Shown one piece after another: positions 55,785 through 64,000 of a stretch of 64,000 bases of DNA; position 1 is the first letter of the stretch; the number at the start of each line of letters is the position of its first letter. Under the pieces are notes generated by a model. The model saw only the letters and a list, made by a program, of their open reading frames with translations, did no database searches and was not told the origin of the DNA. The translations under genes were made by a program, and so were the position numbers. This DNA comes from Eledone cirrhosa. Taxonomy: Eukaryota. The DNA lies in assembly GCA_964016885.1 (NCBI GenBank), contig OZ024741.1, forward strand, positions 83,886,001-83,950,000, in the 5' to 3' direction.

Positions 55785-58700
55785 TATTAATAAATCTTTT
55801 GAATGACATATTTCCCTGTTTCTATAGCTAATCGTCCATCATATCAAGGCGTCGGAATAATATTTTAGTCCTGAATGCGATATCGTTTAAAAAACTGTTA
55901 CAGTTACAATGAGAGAGATGAGATGGAGAATGCGAATGAAATATATCTGAATAGTATGTATGCTAGAGTCCCCTCGGTTACAACCTTGAATGTTCCAATT
56001 GTTTAAACGATGGAATACACTGCTCAAAAAATCAAATTGAAAGTCGTAGAGCATTCCACAAGTCAGTGTATCATTTACGTATTCCTTATATGTGACAGTT
56101 GAGTGGACTGCAGCAACAGGAAATATAATGTTTTGCTCAGGAGCACAAATCGCTGCCAAGAATCAAACCATGCGATTACGGACTTGAGGCGAACTACCTA
56201 CTCAGTAAGCAACGTTTCCTCACACACACAAACGCACACATGCTTCCACTACTAACAATCTATATCACAACATTAAAATACACACATATTTGTAGTTACT
56301 GATCAGTGGATCAATGTAGGTATTCGAATAATACATTATAGTAAACATATTCTTTGCACGTTCCTTCTAGTTCCACGTAAATTACTAATGAAATGTTCTG
56401 AATATGAGAATTCATAAAATCCTTATACACAATGTTAAAAGTAGGATACTTATTTTACATTTGACGAAGATCTGGTTACTATTTCTAGCAGGTCGGTCAT
56501 AATTGCTGTATCTCTGCCATTGCTCATTTTAAATTTAGCTGCAACATATTGAAAAATATTGTGTTGCTATATTGAACCGGATGATTAAAGGTATTATGTA
56601 CTAGACTTAACCCTCATAAACTTTATTTAATGAACATATCACATATATATTTTTTTAAAATTAACTCTCAAATGATTCACTTGATTGCTGTAATAAATGT
56701 TAACATTAGCGAAATACACTTCAACAATTACCTTTATTATGTAAATACATATAAATAGGCAAAGTGAATTTAAGCATTAAGAAAAACGAACAAAAAATTC
56801 AACAAAAAATAAGATTTGAGTTTATCAATAAAAGATAATACGGTGTAAAATTTAACGTTTTATCTAATTTTACATTATATATTTATAATTCGATATTTTC
56901 TTTTCGTTTTTATTACTTTACTTTTTTCTTTTTAAATCGTTCTTTGACATTTATAATCACTTTTTGATGAATGTCTGTGAAATGGTTATTTCTGTTAAAA
57001 ATTCAAAAGATTTATCTTTTATATTTCATAAAGTAAATTCCTGTTATATTCTTCTATTGAAATATCCATCAAAGAAGTTGTTAGCTTAAATTCAAGATCC
57101 ATACATTTTAAACACTTAGAACTAATTAAAAGATTATTTTAAAAATAAAACGGTATTATTGTACAGAATGTATTCTGAAATTCATTATGTCTTGACCACC
57201 ACAACAAAAGTAACAACCACATAGTGTGAGTCCATTGACGCTGTCTATACCTGATAATTTATGTTCTAGAAATATCAGTCAAACTCCCGGCAATTCACAA
57301 CCTATCACCTTGAAAGCGGATAGAAACATTAGACAACATAGTACTACACATACTAAACATTGGTTTGATAATGTTTGGAAAGATTTTATTCATAGGTTGT
57401 CTGGTCATGGATAACCTACGTAAATAAATAATAACAACCAATGCCAACGTAAAGTCAATTATGGATTAATCATGTAAATATATCATGAATTAGTATGCAT
57501 TGTTTGTTAATAGTGATTATACAATAAGGAATATGAAATAGACACCCAACGCTTTCGACGATGGGTGATCCAGTTGTCTTATCAATAAGACTAACTGCTC
57601 ATGAAATTAATTTGTGTGTAACTGAATATTTCACAAGCGCATATACTCTTAAATAATTATCTGTTTGATTCATCCTGCCAGCGTGAATCAAGGTCAGTCT
57701 TTTGAATTACGATTTCAGTATATCTGATGGGTTTTTGAATATATTCCGTCTAACCAACTTCACTTACAAGGCTAACGTCAGACTGTGGCTTTAATAAATG
57801 TTACTTGCCTCAGATGTCAGGCAGTGAAATCGTACCATTTTACTGATTTATATTTATTCAAGAATGTCTGTGTTAATAAAAGCCCTTCAATGTGATCGGT
57901 CAACTTGCTAAATATAGCAATCAAATTTTCTTCACATCGCACGGAGTCATTTTACAAACAAGATATCAAATTACATCGTCTAGGACTAGATGTTAGTAGT
58001 GAAGGTGTGAGTGTAGTAATTAACAAATGCAGATCAGAGGAGGTGGTGAAAATTAAGCACACTCTACGCGAACAAGTAATAAATATTTCAGGCAGGTTCT
58101 TCATAGAATCTGTAAAATGCTTCTTCAAGGATTACCTGGAATATGGCCAGGCAGCAGAAACACTGTTAGAAAGATCTAAAATAGAATGACTGTTAGACGT
58201 ATCAGCAATAAAGATCTTTGTCTGTAACCTGTCCTGTTGTATTTGAGCTGTCTTTGAACTTACCTGGGCATAAAATCGTATGAGGCCTTGATCTGAGGTT
58301 TCTCCGTGATACTGTTTGCGGTTTTTTTCTGTTGACTTTCACCTGTTCTTTAAAGGTTTGGCATATAAATAGTAGGGATACAATAACATCCTAGTCAATT
58401 TCTAAAACGGTGAATTCGACCTGGAAGTAACGTCGTTGATCGTAGCTCTGCTAAACCATAACACAATGGAAATAAGCGACGACTTTTGAGTTAGGCTGTT
58501 GCTGCTGAAGATGAAGATGATGTTGGTGATGAACACCATCTTCTTGATCGTGATGATGACAATACAGATAGGGGAGGAGAAAAGATGGTGACAGCATCAG
58601 TAATGGTTGTGGTTATGGTGATGATAGATGTTTTGATATCGTAGATTGAGATGAGGCGGAGTAGGAACGCTTTTGGCAGTGGTGTTGGTGATCATGGTGT

Positions 58701-59684
58701 AGATATTGGTAACACGGGTGAAAAGTAGGGGAGAAGGAAAAATGGGACGTCAATGGCATTAATGATGGCGACGGGGTTGATAACGCAGGTATAGAAGGGA
58801 GGAGGCAAAAAGATAGTGACGTCAACAGCAATGAAGGTGGTGATGGTGTTGCTAATGTAGTAGATGGAAGAGGAGGGAGAGGAGCAGCAGGAGGAAATTT
58901 ATTGACGTCAACAACACTGATGGTAATGATGGTGGTGATGATGGGGATGTATATATGTTCAGTAAACATTACCTCATCACTATCAACAGCCATCCAATCG
59001 AAATGAGATGTAAATAAACACAGCACATAACACATCACATCATATCTCCCCAATGAGAAATATATAGACTTTTGATATACACAGTCAATACTCTTTGAGT
59101 AGATTACATTTTCATCTTGCTAACACCATTGGCTGTTAACTGATTGTTATATTATTAAATGTTTTTACTTCACTTTTGTTTCTTTACCATTAATTTAATC
59201 ACTATATTTCACCAGTCAACATAATACGCAGTGATGGCGCATAGTTTAGTGGTTAAATCATGAGTTCGATTCTGGAGGTGCGTTGTTTCCTTGAGCGAGG
59301 CACTTCGTTTTACGTTGTTCCAATCCATTCAACATTGTGTTAAGGTTAGAGGTGGATATGGAATGTTCAGTCACTTACTCGTTACTTTCACGAGCAGGCT
59401 GCTTTGTTGATCGAAATGTTGATGATCGTAAAACTGGAACACTCGTCAACTGAACCGACATTTGTCCAACACACACAATACATATATACGTAGCCTAGTA
59501 ACTTCTACAATATCTTCTCCGAGTTCATTGAGGCCATCTCAATTTGGTGGGAGGAAACTATTTGGAAGCCAGACATATAATTATTTTCTTCATTGTACTG
59601 TGTCGTTTGATTCGTTATTTCTATTTGCATTTTGCATGCGTACATACGTACATACATACATATATACATAAATACATAAATACA

Positions 59685-59742
<58 letters not shown>

Positions 59743-60618
59743 CTATCATTTAGGTAAACCTAAATCGTTCATATGATAATTCATTAAACTTCATTTCAGG
59801 GATTAGCTCTAATCATATGAGTAGTGAGCATATTAGTGGGATGCCGAAATATTTCACACAATGCTGGGGCGGCCTGGAAACTAAGTAAAACTGACAGAAC
59901 ACTGATAGTTTCTCCGGTAAAACATTAGTATTTAGAATGTTCAATATCTTCTGAAGGTTTGGTATAAGCATTAAAGTGGGAGTCCAGCATTTGGCAAATA
60001 CGTGTTTCGACTCCCATAGATTGTTATGTTAATTTTCCTTTTTCAATTTCACTTCATACTTATAAAATCTCTTATATTTGTATTTATTTCTTAGAAGCAC
60101 ACATCGTTGTCATATAACAGCTTTCTATTTCACATCTTTTTTTTTTTTTTTCATCTTTCCTAAACTACATTGTCAGCTCTTTAGTACCCAAGTCATGCAA
60201 CTAAATAGACCTTGGAATCTTCAATAAATATGCAGAATTTTTAAACGACACAACAGTTTATATTATAGTAGAATGTAGGAAATGATTCTGACAATAGTGG
60301 TGAAACACCAAAGGTAGGAAGTTATTAATGATGTCAACACCTCCTGGCATCTTCTTAAGAAGTTATTTTTCCTATCCACACATACATTCAAGCATGCATA
60401 CATACATGCATTGATATATATGTTTGCATACATACACACACACACCCATATATATATATATCAAAGGTATATATCGAGTTAGAAACTCAAAATAGTCTCT
60501 TACAATAAAATAGCTCTAGGAAAGAGAATTTTTCCGAGCCGTATATTATAATTGAATATAAAAGAAAAACGAACACATATATGTATATATCTGTGTTCGT
60601 TTTTATTTTATATTCAAT

Positions 60619-60661
<43 letters not shown>

Positions 60662-60667
<6 letters not shown>

Positions 60668-61960
60668 ATACTTTGGGAGGGTCACGTTGCCAATAAGAAA
60701 CACACGCACCAGCTGCTTTCACTTCAATTTATTATAAATTAAATTATAAATTTAAAAATATTTATACATTTCCGGCTGGTTGGTTGGTTCCACAAACGGA
60801 CGATTGTTCATATATTTTCAAAGGTCTTCCGTCACACATTCTGTGACCTCTTCAGTGACTGGGATTCTGTTTTATGCCTCTCCTTTGTTCAGTCCTAGGC
60901 CATCTTGTTTTTGTGTCTTTTGCGTCCTTAGTTTGCGCATGTGTTACATCCGGGTGACTGTGTGTGTTTTTATTTGTTTATTTATTTATTTATTTATTTA
61001 TATGTTACCAGTTAGTTGTTTGTTCTATGTGTGTGTGTTTTCATTTTGTCCTTAATTGTGAGTTGTGATGTTGCTATTCCATTCATGTTTTCTATTTAAT
61101 TTGGTTGTAGTTCATTTATTTTTATTGCCTCTGTGATTTGTCTAAACATTGCGTCATTTCTGTGTGTAGATTCTATTTTTATTTCTATGTTCTCTAATTT
61201 GCCCTTATGTTCTATTTTAGCATGTTGGTAGAGTACAGATGATTCTTTACTATCTTGAAGGTCTCGCCAGTGTTCATTCATTTAATCGTTCTCCTATGCT
61301 ACGAGCTGTCTCACCTATGTACATTATATTCTTATCTTTACATTGTCCCTCACTACATCTTATGCTATATACTATGTTTCTAGTTTTACAGTTAATATGG
61401 GGGCTTAGTTTACAGATTATGCATGTCCTATCTTTACAGGGAGTTCTTTGAAAAGGGTATGTATTACTAATAAGTGTTTTTATGGAGGTCCTGGTCTTTC
61501 CACTATCTTAATATTTAGTTTAAGTTTATCTAGGGTCCTTCTAAATGTGTAAGCTAGTTCACCTCTAGGTTGTATTGTTGAACATTACACTCTGGTATTT
61601 ATTGCTATCATACCATGAGGTTTATTTTATTAATCTTATTTCTAGTTCTTTCTATTCTATTCCAAAATTTGCTCCTATACAAGGGGTAGGTCCCATTTGT
61701 ATCATTATTTACCATTTATTTTCCCATTTGGTTCTGGTTCCTCTATATACTCTGATTTTATCTTTCTGATTGTAATGGTGGATGAAATGTATGTGTCTCT
61801 CTAGTTCTTTGGGGTTGCGCATGCGGGACACGTTCCTCATCACCTTTACTAAATCCGCAATCAGTATGTTGACTTTGGTGTGATCCGACAATATATGAAC
61901 AACCGCCCGTTTGTGGAACCAACCAACCAACCGGAAAATGACCCTCCCAAAGTATAACAG
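60662..61960 (-). mobile_element. Second copy of the PLE at 24990-26182, with inverted terminal piece at ~61905-61960
   Basis: High nucleotide similarity; NEHWRDLQD..RQITEA; HHR GAAA mutated near 60828. Confidence 0.85.
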
Positions 61961-62806
61961 TATAGGTTTCAACACACGTTTCAGATAAAGAATCTTGCTA
62001 AACAAATGCAGAAACGAAATATATATATATATATATACGTACATATATTTCGAAGCTAGTGGTTTGGCTTTTATTTTGGGTTCTTTTTATATATGAGAAT
62101 GAAACACAGTGATTCGACAGAGATCGATAGAAAAATGTACAAGACTAAGGTTGAAATACTCCGCGGCAAATATTGATGTAGTTGCACCAGCATCGCCAGG
62201 AATATGATTGAATGAATCTAAGAATATATCTTTCTCTATTTTCTCTAACTTCTCTCTTTTAGTCTGTATCTGCTTCTGTCTGCCTTTCATATCTCTGTAC
62301 GCCCTCTCTCTCTCTCTCACTCTCTGTCTCTCGTTCTATATTTCCTTTCCACATTCCCGCTCTCCCCCGTTCTCGCAAACATTATTTCTCACTCTCTCTG
62401 CTTCTCTGTTTTCTCTCCTTTTCTTTTTCCAATCGATTTCCATTCAATCTAAGCTTGTGTCTGGCCATAAATATATGATCTGTGCAAACTCAGGTTTTAG
62501 TATAATGGCTAAACAGATGAGATGTATATACAGGCTTACATTTAATTTTTCATTTGGCAAAGCAATGTGAGAATATTAATAAATTGGATAATCAAATGCA
62601 TATTGCATTGTCAGTGGCGAGGGGCAAAGATCAAAGATGTGTGGATGTCTGCAAACGCAAATAGATATAAATACAGATAATCATATAATTTTACACTCAC
62701 ACACAAATATGCACACGCACAATTCTCTAAAGCCCTGCTAAACCATCAAAACAAATATATATTATGTTTGTATGAATATGTATATATAAGTATATATGTA
62801 TAAATG

Positions 62807-62933
<127 letters not shown>

Positions 62934-64000
62934 CTGTGTGTGTGCGTGTGTGTGTGTGTGTTCAAAGGGAAGAAAGAGAAAGGTATACATAAATGCTAAG
63001 GTTACAGTTCATCTCTATATATTTTTCTCAAACTACATGAGGGGAACACAGTTCATTAGGTTTTATTTTTAAGCACTAAAACCTTTTATTAGTGCTTCAT
63101 ATAATACATAGCAGATTTGAAAAATATGTACTGGGCATGATATGATCGATAAAATCATTTCATTACGGCGCCGCAGAATAGCTACTGCATAATGACTACA
63201 ACAATAACATAAACACAATAACAGAATATAGATACCCGTGAGTGACCTTGTGTGTGTAGTTTTACGTTTTATTATGATAAATTGGTTGCTGGGGAGATAT
63301 CTTGTTTGATGACACCGGATAGTGACAGGGCATCTTACCTGTCAGATATGGTGGCCTCAGTATCCAGTCTCCAGTCACGCTGCGCCAGCCAGCATTCCTT
63401 TTGCTGGAGACCTCTTAGCGTGACCTCATGAACAGAGCTTTCTACAACGCAACCGTACCTACTGCAATCAAGGAACGCGAGGCGGCCTATGCGATATGGA
63501 ACCACTTCGGCCTTCACCCTGTGGGCGTTATCCAACTCTCCTCTTCGTGGACGAAAACCCCACCTAGACAAATGGCACGCCATCCATTGTAACATTTGCT
63601 TTGGTCAGACAGGTGCACCGGCTTGACCAACACCATCTGGCCTGTTTTCGCTTGGCCTCAGAAAAGCCCACATAAATGCATGGCTCAACGCAGTACCACC
63701 ACTCTTTACTGCAACTATAACGACAGTTTGTGTATCGATCTTTCCCTGAGGCTCGGCTTTCAAAGAAATCATAAATCATGGCCTGGAAGCCACAATTTTC
63801 CCTTTCCCAGTTAGTTCCAATGGAGCTGTACAAAGGCGACATTAAAAGGTCAGATGGCTTGACAATCCCCACTTTGCCCTAATCTGGGATGTTACATGTG
63901 ACACCTCACTCATAGGCAACCTGGTACTTTTTCTTATCAACTCAGGTTTCACTGCACATCAGGCCGAAAAGGCAAACTTTCAAAGTCTCGGCCGTTCTGT

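Noticed and set aside
58500-59053. Pro/Ser/His-rich minus-strand ORF as a host exon
   Set aside because: Low-complexity trinucleotide-rich sequence with no recognisable domain and no supported splice structure
63335-64000. GC-richer segment with short ORFs and a minus-strand AG|GTAAG donor-like site at about 63338
   Set aside because: Stops occur in the frames I read and no protein motif is recognisable; it may be a decayed TE or UTR exon but cannot be supported

Overview
AT-rich, microsatellite-dense eukaryotic DNA made almost entirely of transposable elements. The SINE and LINE types suggest a coleoid cephalopod such as octopus (inference). No host protein-coding gene can be supported. Contents: stacked R4/Dong-like REL-endonuclease LINEs, tRNA-derived SINEs, many Penelope-like elements (Naiad-type and Neptune-type, RT plus GIY-YIG) with direct or inverted pseudo-LTRs sitting in (TA)n tracts, RTE fragments, a decayed DD37D Tc1/mariner transposase and Helitron-like ends. 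The main hidden signal is RNA structure: about 30 type I hammerhead ribozyme (HHR) motifs, intact and degenerate, in about 7-8 sequence families, including variant catalytic cores (U4A, U4C with a long stem II, U3-A8). The best candidate system is an 11-unit array of ~320-bp highly structured repeats (34630-37934). Ten units carry an HHR motif and all carry an ATGCAAAT octamer, which fits a retrozyme / satellite-2-like locus that could produce circular RNA. All folds and coordinates were derived by eye.
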